DNA of 64,000 nt from Malacoraja senta (GCA_038087875.1 CM075989.1:10852001-10916000), one strand, 5' to 3'; positions 11,135 through 23,957 are shown, numbered from the stretch's first letter. The notes: generated from the letters alone by a model not told the origin. Program-made: numbers and translations.

Positions 11135-11420
11135 ATAAGAATAAGGGGTAGGTCATTTAGGAGAGAGATGCGGAAAAACGTTTTCACCCAGAGAGTTGCG
11201 AGTCTGTGGAATTCTCTGCCACGAGCGCAGTGGAGGCCAACACACTGGATGTTTTCAAGAGAGAGTTAGATTTAGCTCTTAGGGCTAATGGAATCAAGGG
11301 ATGTGGGGAGAAAGCAGGAGCGGGGTACTGATTTTAGACGATCAGCCATGATCATATTGAATGGCGGTGCTGGATCGAAGGGCCGAATGGCCTACGCCTG
11401 CACCTATTTTCTGTTTCTAT
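11135..11420 (+). mobile_element. CR1-type LINE 3' fragment
   Basis: Encodes IRGRSFRREMRKNVFTQRVASLWNSLP, then a TGAATGGCGGTGCTGGATCGAAGGGCCGAATGGCCTAC tail. Confidence 0.8.
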
Positions 11421-11548
11421 AATCCTGAACTGGAAATACACCACTTTGTTTGTTTACCTAATCCTGTTTCACCCATCTGTGTGAATACCTTCCACACAGC
11501 CTGCAGTAGCTTGTGAGGGGGCAACACAGCTGAATATATGTTTTAATC

Positions 11549-11702
11549 AGAAGATAGACACAAAATGCTGAAGTAACTCAGGGGACAGGCAGCATCTCTG
11601 GAAAGAAGGAATGGGTGACTTTCAGGTCAGGTCTGCTGAGTTACTCCAGCATTTTGTGTCTATCTTCGGTATAAACCAGCATCTGCAGTTCCTTCCAACA
11701 CA
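11549..11702. mobile_element. Palindromic Penelope-derived repeat
   Basis: GAAGATAGACACAAAATGCTGAAGTAACTCA...TGAGTTACTCCAGCATTTTGTGTCTATCTTC inverted arms. Confidence 0.7.
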
Positions 11703-12343
11703 TATGTTTTAATCAGGTTGGCAGCTGCCCTGATTCAGGAGAACTCTCTTGCTGCTGTAGATAACGTTGTGTCTATCATCGAATGGAGAACAGACAGGGT
11801 CTCACTTTAACATTCGGCCAAAAGGCAGAATCCCGAATACCGTAGCAATGGGGTCAGTGGTGGAGAGACCAAGTTATTGGGTGCTTTTAAAGCAGAGATT
11901 GATAGGTTCTTGATTAATAAGGGTGTCACGGGGAGAAAGCAGGAGAATGGAATTGAGAAGAAAAATAGATTGAATGATCGAACGGCAGAGCAAACACAGT
12001 AAGTCAAATGGCCTAATTCTTATGATCTTGTCAGCCTGGATTCAGAGAACAGGCATGGGCATGCAGATATCCTCTTCAGTTTCAGAAGCAAGGCTGCCAT
12101 CCATGAGCTACAGCCGACACTAAACACCCAGAGAAAGGATGCCATGTGATAATGATGTTTAAGTTAATGCAGACCTGGATGGGCAGATGCTGGGAGTTTG
12201 AAGGTAACTTCTTCTGCAGACCCATCTCTATTCCTTTTCTCGAGATGCTGCCTGACCCGCTGAGTAACTCCAGCATTTTGTGTATATCTTCGGTGTAAAC
12301 CAGCATCTGCAGTTCTTTCCTACACATCTTGTGCCCTTTGGTT

Positions 12344-12630
12344 AACTTTAGACGTACAGCACGGAAACAGGCCCTTCGTCCCACGTCGATCATCGATTAC
12401 CCGTTCACACTAGTTCTGTTATCCCACTTTCTCAACCACTCCTTAGACTAGGGGCAATTAACAGGGGCCAATTAACCTACAAACCCGCACATCTTTAGGA
12501 TGTGGGAGGAAACCCGCATGGTTGCAAGGAATACGTGCAAATTCCGCGCAGACAGCACCCGAAGTCAGGATCGAACTCGGGTCTATGGCACTGTGTGGCA
12601 GCAGCTCTACCCACTGCGCACCTGTGCCGT
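12344..12630 (-). mobile_element. HE1-like SINE
   Basis: Minus-strand head GGCACAGGTGCGCAGTGGGTAGAG...GAGTTCGATCC, with a GGAAACAGGCCCTTCG tail on the plus strand. Confidence 0.75.
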
Positions 12631-13837
12631 CCATTTAGTTAACAGTTGGGGACATGGGCAACTTGACTTCAAGTTACCTTGTCATCTCTTGGGCCAGAAG
12701 TAGAACAGCCCAATTGGTCAGAGACTCGAGCGTCACAAGGGTTCAATGTGAGCCTCCATGGGCTTGTTCCATCCTGGTGCAATATGAACAGCATTATTAA
12801 TCACTTCACAATTTAGAGAGCAGAGACACTGCTCACTTTCGATTGAATATCAACTTTCAGTAAAACAAGGACATCTAGTTACAATGGCAATTAAATGAGG
12901 TGTTATGCAAGAGGAGCAAAAATGCAATTTTAATTCCACTTTATTAGTTAATGGAGAGAAGTGAAGGACATTAAATGTTGGTGTTCCACAATGGGTCCAA
13001 AGGTGCAGAGTCTTGCAGCAATCTCTTGTTTTTATTCTTCAAATCTCTTATAACACCTTTTCTTCTTTCCCATACCACTGGTTTTGAACAGAATATTGTT
13101 TCAAGGGAACTGCAGAGGCAAGAATTGCCCACATCAACAAATGGCATGCAAAGCAAAGACCAAGTGCACAATAGCTACCCGATAGCAAGTTATTCAACCA
13201 AAAAGGAGTGGAGGAAATATGAATTGGATTGGAAGTGACCCAACCTGCACAACCCTAACCACAACCCCAGCTCAGCACTGAACCATGACAGATTTTACAC
13301 TAGTTTGCTCTGCATACTTTGGCTTACACGAAGATAGCCTAGATTACCTAAAATGACAAATTGATGTATAATTAATGTCTGTATGTTTGCATTTAATATG
13401 GCCATAAAGCTGCAGCAAGTAAGAATGTTCCAGTCCATATGCCAATTAAGCACTCAGCTCACATGTGGGAAAAGTAGTCAAATATTTAGACACGTAGGGT
13501 CAGAAGGCTTGCACTCAGCAAACATTAACTCTTTCTTTCCACAAATGCTGTTGCTGGATTGGAAGTATTTTTTTAAATCATTCACAGGAGGTTGATATCA
13601 GTGTCAGTTGATATGCAATAATCAGTGTCCAATAATCAGTAACAAGTCAACACATCATTGGCTCTAGTCCCACTAGGCCAGCCGGATAAGGAAGACAAAA
13701 TTGGTAAACATAATGTAATTTTACTGATACTAGCCGTGTTGCAGAAATGTCATGCTTATTTAATAATTAGAATATAAATACCAAACTGCCAAGGTGCAAT
13801 TTGAACTCATATCTCTGGACATAAATCCATTAAATAG

Positions 13838-14276
13838 AAACAAGGAATGGCAGATGCTGGATAATACATAAATGGACACAAAGTTCAGGAGTAACTCAGT
13901 AGGTCAGGCAGCATCCCTGGAGAACAGGGATAGATGATGTTTCAGGTCGAGACTCTTCAGACTCCCGGAGGCGACGGAAGAAGAGCTCGACATCATGGTG
14001 GGCCCGGGACTCGTTGAGGTGTGGGGGGGGGGGGGGGTTATACAATCGAGGACCAATCATTCTGCATCTGAAAAAGGGAGGTCAGGGGGGATGGTGAAAA
14101 CACAGCAAGGGTGAGAGGTGAGGGCTGAGGCCAGGGGGGCAGACGGGTGGAGGGGAGGCTTGGAGAACGTACTATGGGTGAATGATGATCTGAAAAAAAG
14201 TCTTGATCTAAAACATCACTTATCCATGTTCCCCAGAGATGCTGCCTGAGTTACTCCAGCACTTTGTGTCCTTTTG
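13838..14276. mobile_element. Inverted pair of Penelope-derived repeats enclosing a G-rich spacer
   Basis: GGACACAAAG...GGAGTAACTCAG...GGCAGCATC at left and its reverse complement at 14230-14272. Poly-G run at 14023-14037. Confidence 0.6.
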
Positions 14277-17200
14277 CTGTTCCATTAAGTGCAGTCTTAG
14301 GAAGCCCTACATTTGTATAATACCTTTCTCTGCCTTGTAACACCCAACACCATTTAATAGTGGTTTAAGACTCTCTGTGTGGTCTCCAAGATAATGTAGG
14401 ATTTGGAGTTAGTGCTCTGGTCCACAAACTCTCACAACCAACTCTGCGCTGGTAGGCCAAACCATTGTTCTCAAAGTCTGAAGGGTCTCAAGCTGAAACG
14501 TCACCCATTCCTTCTCTCTGGAGATGCTGCCTGTCTGAGTTACTCCAACATTTTGTGTCTATCATTGTTCTCAAATGTTGGCTGAAATATAAATATTGGC
14601 CAGGGCACCAGCAACACCATATTCAAAATCACTTTTATTTACCAATAAGAGTAGACAGACTTTTTGTCTTATCCATATACAATGCCTCTGCTGGTGAAGC
14701 ACGCTCTCAGAATGGTACTGGAAATGTCAGACCAGCTGTTTGCATTCAAGACTCTGGTTAAAGCAATTAACCCGGATCTGAAAGCATAATCTACTACAAC
14801 ACGTGGCACACATGTGCCCTTTTTATAAAACACTTTCATTTAACAGGGGGCATGGAAGGAATCATTCTGAGCAGAGCTAGGGTGACAGAAATCCATTTGC
14901 GGAGCCCGTAAGTCACACACAGGCATCAGTAGGTGCAATAGTAAAATGGGATTATTCTGTTGAACAGAACGTGCATGTTCTTTTTGCCTGAACTTGGAGC
15001 AAACAGTGGGTGAACCTGCTGAACAGCATCAGCCCTGCCCTGAAGCCGAGAACGATGCACAAAATTAGCTTAGCTCCACTGAACAAACTTTATTTTGGGA
15101 GAACAAGAAATTGCCTCCAACGCTAAAGTCTAAAAATCACTTGCCGTGTAATTATCATTGTTTCTTGCCTTTCAGTTTCATTTTAAGGAAAGTTGAAGCC
15201 AGGAACGATGTGGAGAATGTTACGTGGAGGTTAGTGTGCAGTAGAAATAGAGAGAAGAGACTGCCATGCATGAGGAATGGGAGCCCCTTGTATCCACTTC
15301 AGTAAGATGATGTCCAATCTTCCACCACGGTGCCAATTGACCAGTGAATCCATTGGAATTTTTAAATGATCAGTCAGTTAACTACATGGATAGATTCTGG
15401 TCTCGAAAGTTTCTAAATTAAAAACACAACTGCATCGAGCGTGATAACCTCCAGTATTTTCCACTGATGTCAAAATAACTAATTTGTTCTTTGGCATCAC
15501 TTCATTGATTAACATTTTCATATTAGTGACCTGCAGAGCAATCTGAAATGATTTTAACTGGGGGCCGAAAAAAGGTGTGTGCTTGAATCATAATCGTGGC
15601 AAGTCAAATAAACATTTAAAAGCTTCAGATGTGGCACAGCACAATAATTGAAGAACTGCACATTGATTATGTGCATGTCGCATTAACATATTTATCTCCA
15701 AAGGACAAAGGGAAATGCGTCTAATAACTATTATTTGCATAATTAGGACAGGCATTAAAAAGATAATGTCATTACTCAAAGCAACAAGAAACATTGGAGT
15801 CTTTGAAGCATTTGCCACTTTAATGCGGAGTCACTGTCTGGGATTATGCGGTTCATTAACTGAAATCTGCGGATCGTCGGTGATAAAGTAACATCTAACC
15901 AAAGGAAATATTTCCGTGAATAAGGAGTCAATCTATGGTAGACAATCCCTGAGGAGATGATAAAAGCATTCAGTCTTAATTTATTCCAATACAAGTTGAA
16001 TAATTCCTTTTGGATACAGCATTGTGCCAATGTAGTATAATTTGAGATACAGGAATTATTTTTTGTTAATTCATTGCAGGTATGTGGCTGTAATTTAGGA
16101 CGGTACTCATACCATACCTCTGATTGCTCTTGCAAAGAGGATGGTGATCCATTTTCTTGAACTGATGCTGCTCTTCCAATGGAATTGCTCCCCACAGATA
16201 AAGGATTGATGATGGGATCCTGCATGCCGTGTTGCTCTCCATCACCTGCTTCCCTTGTGGGTTAGGTTTACATGTGGGTTAGCTGTCAAATCACTGCTGC
16301 TGCCGGTTCATGCTACACCTGCCAGTGGAGCGAGTGACTGGGTGCCCAACAGCCAGCTTCATTGAGTGTTGGTACATTTGAGGTTCTCCTGGTAAGTGGG
16401 GAGTGTTCCAAGAGGTGCAGTGACATGTGCCGTGCTAGAAATATTTTGGTAAATCTTTCACCACAAAATACCCATCCATCCTGCTCTTGCAGCGACAGAT
16501 TTATATGGTCAATCTAATTAAACGCATGCCTGCGCTGCAATTGAGACTCTACGCTTTTGATAAGTGCCCAGACAAAAGATGCCTTTGGTGAAAAAAACCC
16601 CAGCTGGATGTCAATGTTCTTTGTTTGTGTCCTTGCTCTCTAACTGCTCCCATTTACCCATTGACCAGATAACCTTGTTTACAGCTTATCCCAGTGGTCA
16701 GCCTGATTTTACCCTGCCACACTCCATGTGGGCTCATGTGCATTGGTGATGCCTTATTGGTGACATCAGCCCATCCCCTCCTTCTCCCAACACCCAACCA
16801 AAGACAAAACCCCCACTGCTGAATTTAAAAGTGTGATTACTATTGGTATAACAACAAAAAGTAACCCAGGGAATAAAATGTGCTTTTTCAGTCATTGGTT
16901 AGCATTAGGAATGCACTCCAGTGATGAAAGGAGGCAGATTCACCTGCAACATTCAAATAGGAGGTGAACAAGGACATGAAAGGAAATAATCTGCATGGTT
17001 ACAGGGAGAGAGTAGGGACAGGGTGAGCTAGATTGCTAGCACAGAATCAGTGGAGCAAATTAGGTAAGTCCCTGATTAAATTAATCAATTTACCCCAAAC
17101 CCAGCAGAGGTAGTATAGTGTTGTCAAGAAAGTTTTGGGGATTCTGGAAGCACTTATCCATTGGATTCTATTCCCATCAACCTGGAGGGTTTCCCGATAC

Positions 17201-18639
17201 AGGATGGACATCAGACAGGAAATATTTTGAGAATATTTTAACCAAAAGTAGCTAAAATTAAATGGGGAGGAAGCTAGGTGAAAGTGGACGAGCAAGATAT
17301 TTGGAACTGATGTTAACAACAGTTAAACCGCAGGCAATGAAAATCATCTAATTGTGTTGGAAAATCCTTTGGTCTTTGCAGTAGAGTGAACAAAATGGGG
17401 AAAAGGTTTGGTGCTGTGTGCCAGTGTAAGTGCTCTCCAGACATGGGAAGAGTGATCCATTTATCACATTAAGCAAATCCAATTGTAATTGTTAGTCTGC
17501 GTTGGTTCAAAGTGAAATAAAAGAGAGATGATTAAATTAGACTGGGATTGATACAGTGTACCCAGAAGTGAAGATAAGCTTTTAATTATTCAACCCATTT
17601 CTTCCCACAGGTCACTGTTGAATCAGCTCATTTTCTGATATTAGATCTCATTTATCTGACGCCCTGCAATGTTACTTTGCCCTCCCTGGTTTTCTGGTGC
17701 CGTGTTAGCTTCATTTACTGAAGAAAATTGATCTACTCTCAGTAACCCAGTGCCACTTTGCTGTCATGTTGATTTGAAACAGGATTATTCAGTCTGGCAG
17801 AGGCCAACCACTCTACATTTGAAAGTGTCAAAATGCTGGAGTACCTCAATGGGTCTGGAGAACATGGGTAGGTGACATTTTGGTTCGGGGCCCTTCTTCA
17901 GACTCAATCACTCTAGAATTCTCCTCACTTCCCCTGAAAGCAGTTAACCACAGTATTATAAGATATATTAAATTTAATATTCTAATAGTTTTAAACAGAA
18001 TGCGATTTTACCTGGAAGTCAGCGATCCAACAAACTGGATGACACAATGATTGGCAACAAAGAACCAAAAAACGTTAAATTGTCTTTTAAAATTAATTGG
18101 TGTTATTATAACATAACAGTGATAGAGTACCATTACATGTTAATTTAGGTTTCTGACAGCTAAAAAGTGTAGCAGGCTACTATTAACTGCCTATGCACTC
18201 TGGGAAAGAATGTTCCATTTTAAAGTTATTTTTCTCTTTCTGATCACGACAGATGAAAACATTTTTTAGGTGGGCCTTGAATAATCTGTGTAATGGCTTG
18301 GTTTAGAAAGCTATCTCAAGGACACTAAAATATTGCAGCAAGACCTTTACTGTTGAGCTTTTAGTTACAAGGAGAGCTTTTAGTTACAAGGAGAAAACGC
18401 GCCCTTTCATTAGGATTTAAAAAAAAATCTTGATAATAAATTATTAATTGGTTGGTAAGGAATTAACTTGAGGGCAATAGTTCATCATACTAAGAAAATA
18501 TTTAAAATTTTGAATAAATGTTCATTTAATAACAATGTTCTCTCACCACCACCCCCATCCATTGCCCAACTCTCAGACACTGCCCGTTTCTGGAGTCTAA
18601 TTTTGCTGTACAACTCTTGCCGTACTACACAGAGGTTTA

Positions 18640-19285
18640 TAATATCAGAAAGGCATAGATAAGGTGGATGGTCACAGATTTTTTTCCCCCATGGTGAGGA
18701 AGTCTAAACCAGAGGGCATAGGTTTAAGGCAAGAGGGCAAAAAATGTATTGAAGACCTGAGGAGCACCTTTCTCCACACACAGGTTGGTGGGTATATGTT
18801 CACTTTAGACTTTAGACAGTTCTGAAACAGGTCCTCTGGCAGACCGAGTCCGTGCCAAGCAGAGATCGCCCTGTACACTAGCACTATCCCACACACAAGG
18901 GACAATTTACAATTTACAGAAGCCATTTAATTAGCCTACAAAGCTACACGTCTTTGGAGTATGGGAGGAAAATGGAGAACTCGGAGAAAACCGATGTGGT
19001 TATAGGGAGAACATACAAATTCAGCGACAGACAGCACCCGTAGTCAGGATCGAACCCGGGTCTCTGGCAACTCTACTACTGTGCTGCCGAGTTGCCAGAG
19101 GAAGTGGTAGAGCAGGTACAACTATGACTGTCAAAAGACTTTGGGACAAGTACACGGATGGGAAAGATTTGAAGCAATATGGGCCAAGCACAGTGGGACA
19201 AGCTCAGGATTGGTACCTTGGTCAATACGAATGAGCTGGCGCAAAGGGTGTGTTTCTGTGTGTTATATCAGACCATGACTACTCA
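18640..19285 (+). mobile_element. CR1-type 3' fragment interrupted by an HE1-like SINE (minus strand, ~18803-19088)
   Basis: CR1 sequence (AGAGGGCATAGGTTTAAGG...GTGGGTATATG) resumes as GAGTTGCCAGAGGAAGTGGTAGAG after the SINE. Confidence 0.7.
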
Positions 19286-19299
19286 ACAGTCCAAAAGCA

Positions 19300-21485
19300 C
19301 TGATAAATTTTGTCCAAACCTGGATCACTAGACAAAGGACCACCTTCATCTTAAAGGCTCCCAGAACTACTAAAAAGCAGCCAACTGGAAGATAGTCAAT
19401 GGGTGATGGAGGCCTATTTGATCCAGTAAACCTCTAACCTGAAATATACCACTGTAAGTACCAGTCAGGTTAGACACTCCGTCCTGATGGGTTGAACAGG
19501 AAAACGATAGTCAGTGGTGCAGTGTAACAAAGGTTCAAAGAAAAGACTCAATTACCATGAACAGAGAGATCTATAACTAGATATATAATATTCATCCACA
19601 TAACATTTGTTCCAGTCACATTACAAATAGGCAACCATTTGATGCGGTTGAGGAATAACGTGATGAACACTGTCAAAATTAAACAGATGTCTAGGTATCC
19701 AATATTATTCAGTAACAAAAATACCACGACCAGTCCAGCTGAGAAATACATCAGTACCTCGGTTCTATAAAGAATCTATTAGAATGGACAGTTCTTCTAA
19801 CTCCATTAAGAGGTAACAGAGTACAGCAGAAACCTAATGCAAATCTACAAACTACATCAGCTTGCTGCAAAAAGATAACACTTTGATTAACAGTTAAATT
19901 ATAAATCAGACTTGGCCAGCCAAGTAACTTTATAAAGGAAACATTATGCTGCTGTTGGCTTCAATCTGGAATTACAGATAGGCACTGAAACTAGATCACA
20001 TGGACTTTGCTGTAGAGGTTTATATAACACATTCACTTTAAAATAATATTGACATCACCCCTTCACTTTTAACTGGGTTAGCCCTCTACGAATATACAGG
20101 TAATTGCATAGTACAACATCTTGCATGAATATACTAAAGGGTGCATCAGGGATTTAAAAATAAAGATTTTTGCCATCCAAACGGTTTGTAGCCATCTCAT
20201 CCTTCTCTGCTTTCACATTAAAGATTGGGCCCCTACAATTCAGTGGCGAAAGAGTATTAGAATTCTTCAGAAAATTCATTTCTGGGTACAAAATGTGAAG
20301 AGGCTCCATTTCACTTAATTTTAATGATAGCAATAGCCTTAACGTAATGGTCACAGCTTGGACATGCACATGCTAGGTGTGAATGAAACAATAGCTATGT
20401 CTATGGTCCCTCCTTTCTTGACCATTTGCCAGGGGACACACACCAGAGTTGCCATGCTACTCAATCTCTGATCACACAGGCTGGGGAGTGGAAGAGAACT
20501 GTATTACAAGGCGGACAGGAATCAGAGGTTGATAACAATTACCTAAAAAAAAAACCTACAAATACTGCAGATAGTAACCCTTTCATTCTGGTGAGATGTT
20601 AACTATTCAGTACGCCATCTCTCTGCAGAAGGTCTGGCCATGTCTGGACACCTCAAACATTATGCTCGCTTTTCTCTTTTTAGCCTCTGACACACTTGAG
20701 TTCTGATCTACCCTTCCCTCAAGGAAATAAATTAATTCTTTGAAGAGCAAACTAAAATTTTCCTGACAGCTAATATATATAAAAAGTGGGAAGTGTGTGT
20801 TGAAATGCCAAAGCTTGGTAGTCACAGGAATGCCATCACAGCCGATGGTTCATAAAAAGCAAAATGCATCTTTTTATGATGTGTTTGCGGCTCATGTTGG
20901 ACATCAAAGGAGACTAAATATATGCTTTAAGTTTGTTTCGTCTGGAAATCTTCCTGTGGATTCAAAACCCAACAAATCCCAGGAGTCCCATGAGAAGGAT
21001 TGCATCTAAAAGAAATCTGTCCATAGGATGTTGAGTTTTATAGCAACGTTTCACACTTCCAGTTCCGTAAAGTCACAGTGTAGCACAATCTAAGTCAAAT
21101 AAGATATTGAAGCCCTGGAGTCAAAACGCAAGTTAAGCATATCTTTGTGGCAACAAATTTCCCACAAGGTCAGGCAGGGGCTTAAGGTTGAAACAAAAAC
21201 TAATCAAATGGCAATGGCAACAAATGAAAATGTATCAGATTGCAGCATTTACTTTTTCTTGTTCCAATAAGCTGAACTTCTTTGTACTTTAGTACATAAA
21301 TCTGAAATAACCAACATGGGAGGGTGCAAACTGGAAATGGCTTTGCTTTCTCTTCCAATATAATGGATTTTTTTTTTTTTAAAGGTGAAGAGCTTAGGCC
21401 ACCAGGTAAATGCTACAACAGCTCCAAGTAGTCTTGTTACAGCCTTTAACACAGCAACGGTAAATACTTGGGTGCCAGGATTCTG
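19300..21485 (-). other. UACA: Probable UACA 3' UTR (3' end not resolved)
   Basis: AT-rich, repeat-poor sequence directly after the stop codon. I saw only variant poly(A) hexamers: AGTAAA (plus 21248-21253) and ATTAAA (plus 20320-20325). Confidence 0.4.
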
Positions 21486-21557
21486 CTAGAAGACAAACTC
21501 CTGCCGCATCCGAATGATCTGCAACAAAGCAGCTTGCACATCTTCATCCATGTGACC
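21486..21557 (-). CDS. UACA: UACA terminal coding exon, GHMDEDVQAALLQIIRMRQEFVF*
   Basis: cag acceptor, phase 0, TAG stop. Matches the UACA C-terminus as I recall it for human (GHMDEDVQEALLQIIQMRQ). Confidence 0.95.
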   Translation of the reverse strand, partial: GHMDEDVQAALLQIIRMRQEFVF

Positions 21558-21745
21558 CTGACAAGAAATGCAGAGAGAAGTGACTGAATCAGGCTTTTAT
21601 ACACATTATTTTATTAAGGTTAGAAATAAAAGAAACAAATAGTTGAATTTGTAAGAGAAGGGGTGCACATTCAGGGAGCAAAACAGCACAAGTAGTGAGT
21701 GGCCATTTGGCCCATCGCAACTACACCATCTCTTTGAAAGAGTAA

Positions 21746-22050
21746 TGGCCCTGTCCCACTGTACGAGTTCATTCAAGAGCTCTCCCGAGTTTTAAAAAAT
21801 AATAAAACTCGTGGTAAGCACGGAGAATGAACGTAGCGGGTACGTCGGAGCTCGGGGACGTCTCTTAGCGGCTCGTAACTCGGGAAACGCGGTAAGCTCT
21901 GGAAGACTCGTGAAGATTTTTCAACATGTTGAAAAATGTCCACGAGAGCCCCGAGTACCTACGAGTGGCCATTACCGTAAATCTCCGAGTTCGAATCAGG
22001 GCAAACTCGGGAGAACTCTTTGAATGAACTCGTACAGTGGGACAGGGCTT
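21746..22050. mobile_element. PIF/Harbinger-like MITE
   Basis: ~45-bp terminal inverted repeats GCCCTGTCCCACTGTACGAGTTCATTCAA..., flanked by TAA (left) and TTA (right). No coding capacity. Confidence 0.8.
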
Positions 22051-23265
22051 TTACTTGATCAATCGCACTCTCCTGCTCTTTTCCCATAACATTTTCTCCC
22101 CTTCGAGTTTTTCCAATTCACGTTTCAAATTTCCTGTTGAATCTGCACCAGCCTGCCAAGTAGAAAAAAACCATTTCTCCAATTTACAATTTCTTAGATC
22201 CACATCCTCTGTTGACTGGCCTTCTTGACACTCCATACCCATTGTATCAAGACTACCCCTCTACCCTTCAATTACATATACACCCCCAATCAAATATTCA
22301 CTTTGCCAGTCTCTGCTTTGGAGACAGTCCCAACTCTTCCGACAAAACAGACCCCTCATCACAAGGGGCATTCCACTCAGGTTCTCCAGCACCTTCTCCA
22401 AGTATCTAACACGACTGCAAAAACATGGAGCGTGGAATTGTTGCAAAACTGCAGCTGTGGGCTTACAATGTAAAGGTTTAACGTCATAAAAATTAGAAAA
22501 TAACTATCTGCCCCTCACACAGAACACTATGAAGATCCACTCAGTACAATGAAGCGAAACTACCGTTCTGTTGTAAAAAAAATAAAATTGCTGGATTAAC
22601 TTAACGGGTCAGGCAGCACCTCTGGGGGTGACGTATCAGATCGGGACTGTTCCGGCAAAGACTGCTGTAAACCCCTATCTGGCTCAATGAAATTATACAG
22701 AGAGAGAAACCAGCCGTCCTTCCCCAGTCTGGGCTACAAGTGACTCCAGATGACAACTGTTGTTGAAACTTCCCCGTCTCCTCAGTTCAGGGAGAGTCAA
22801 TTAGAGATTGACACCAAATGCTGGCACTGCCAGAGCTGTCTGCATCCCAGGAATAATTTTTTGAAAATTAAATGCACATGGGTGAGCATCTGATGAATTT
22901 TTATGTCAGTTAAATATTAAAAGGATGAGTAATCCATGAAACGTAGTTATTGAATAGATTACTGTTCATAATAACATTCATTAACCTTGCTGAAAACTTC
23001 ACTAAAGTTTGGGAAAGGTTTCATAAAATTGGAAGCATTCCAGACACTGAAAGGAAGTGATTTAGTCAGGAAATAAGAACCATCCCCATCAGAAAGTCTC
23101 CCAGCAACAGAAAATAACTAACTAGCGGTCAATTGGAAGGTGGACAATGGGCAATTGGAGACCCATCTGATCCAGTTAACATCCAACCTGCAGAAGGTAC
23201 CACAATAAGTACCAGTCAGTAGGTTATAGCCCTATATAGCTCCTAGTTCCCATCTTGTCAGATGG

Positions 23266-23866
23266 TTTAGTTTAGTTTAGAGATACAGCGCGGAAACAGA
23301 CCATCAGCCCACGGACCAGTAATCCCCGTACACTAGCACTATTCTACACACTAGGGACGATTTACAATTTTTACCAAAGCCAAATAACCTACAATCCTGG
23401 GTAGACAAAAATGCTGGAGAAACTCAGCAGGTGAGGCAGCATCTATGGAGCGAAGGAAATAGGCAACGTTTCAGGCCGAAACCATTCTTCAGACTGATGT
23501 GAGGGTGGTAGGGTGGGGGGCGGGAAGAAGAAAGGAAGAGGTGGAGCCAGTGGGCTGAGGGAGAGCTGAGAAGGGGAGCAGAAAGTAGGGACTACCTAAA
23601 ATTAGAGAAGTCAATGTTCATACCGCTGGTGTGCAAACTGCCCAAGCGAAATATGAGGTGCTGCTCCTCCAATTTACGGTGGTCCATACTCTGGCCATGG
23701 AGGAGGCCCAGGACAGAAAGGTCGGATTCGGAATTGAAATGCTGAGCCACCGGGGGATCAGGTTGGTTATTGCGGACCGAGCGGATGTCTTTGGAATATG
23801 TAAGGAAAACGGAGCACCCAGGGAAAACCCAAGCGGTCACGGGAAGAACGTACAAACTCCGTACAG
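23266..23866 (-). mobile_element. HE1-like SINE split by a Penelope insertion
   Basis: SINE tail at 23266-23399 and V-domain at 23785-23866 join up as ...CCTACAATCCTG|ATGTCTTTGG... Confidence 0.75.
23400..23784 (-). mobile_element. Penelope-like element 3' end (GIY-YIG C-terminus plus pseudo-LTR with hammerhead-like core)
   Basis: Translates RSVRNNQPDPPVAQHFNS...RKLEEQHLIFRLGSLHTSGMNIDFSNFR*, then a pyrimidine tract and CAGTCTGAAGAATGGTTTCGGCCTGAAACGTTGCC. Confidence 0.85.
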
Positions 23867-23891
23867 ATTCTATCAACATTGTCCTACATAC

Positions 23892-23957
23892 CTGTGCAGC
23901 ATTCAGGAGGTGTGTCCGATAAATTGCAATGACCTCACGGTGTTGCCTGTCAGCATC
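23892..23957 (-). CDS. UACA: UACA penultimate coding exon, DADRQHREVIAIYRTHLLNAAQ
   Basis: cag acceptor and GTATGT donor, 66 nt, phase 0/0. Near-identical to the recalled UACA motif DADRQHQEVIAIYRTHLLSAAQ. Confidence 0.95.

Noticed and set aside
15776..16225. 149-aa minus-strand ORF downstream of UACA
   Set aside because: No recognisable domain, codon pattern or splice context. Consistent with a chance ORF.
18355..18392. Exact 19-bp tandem duplication GAGCTTTTAGTTACAAGGA (a similar 18-bp one lies near 57500-57535)
   Set aside because: Ordinary local slippage duplications with no further structure.
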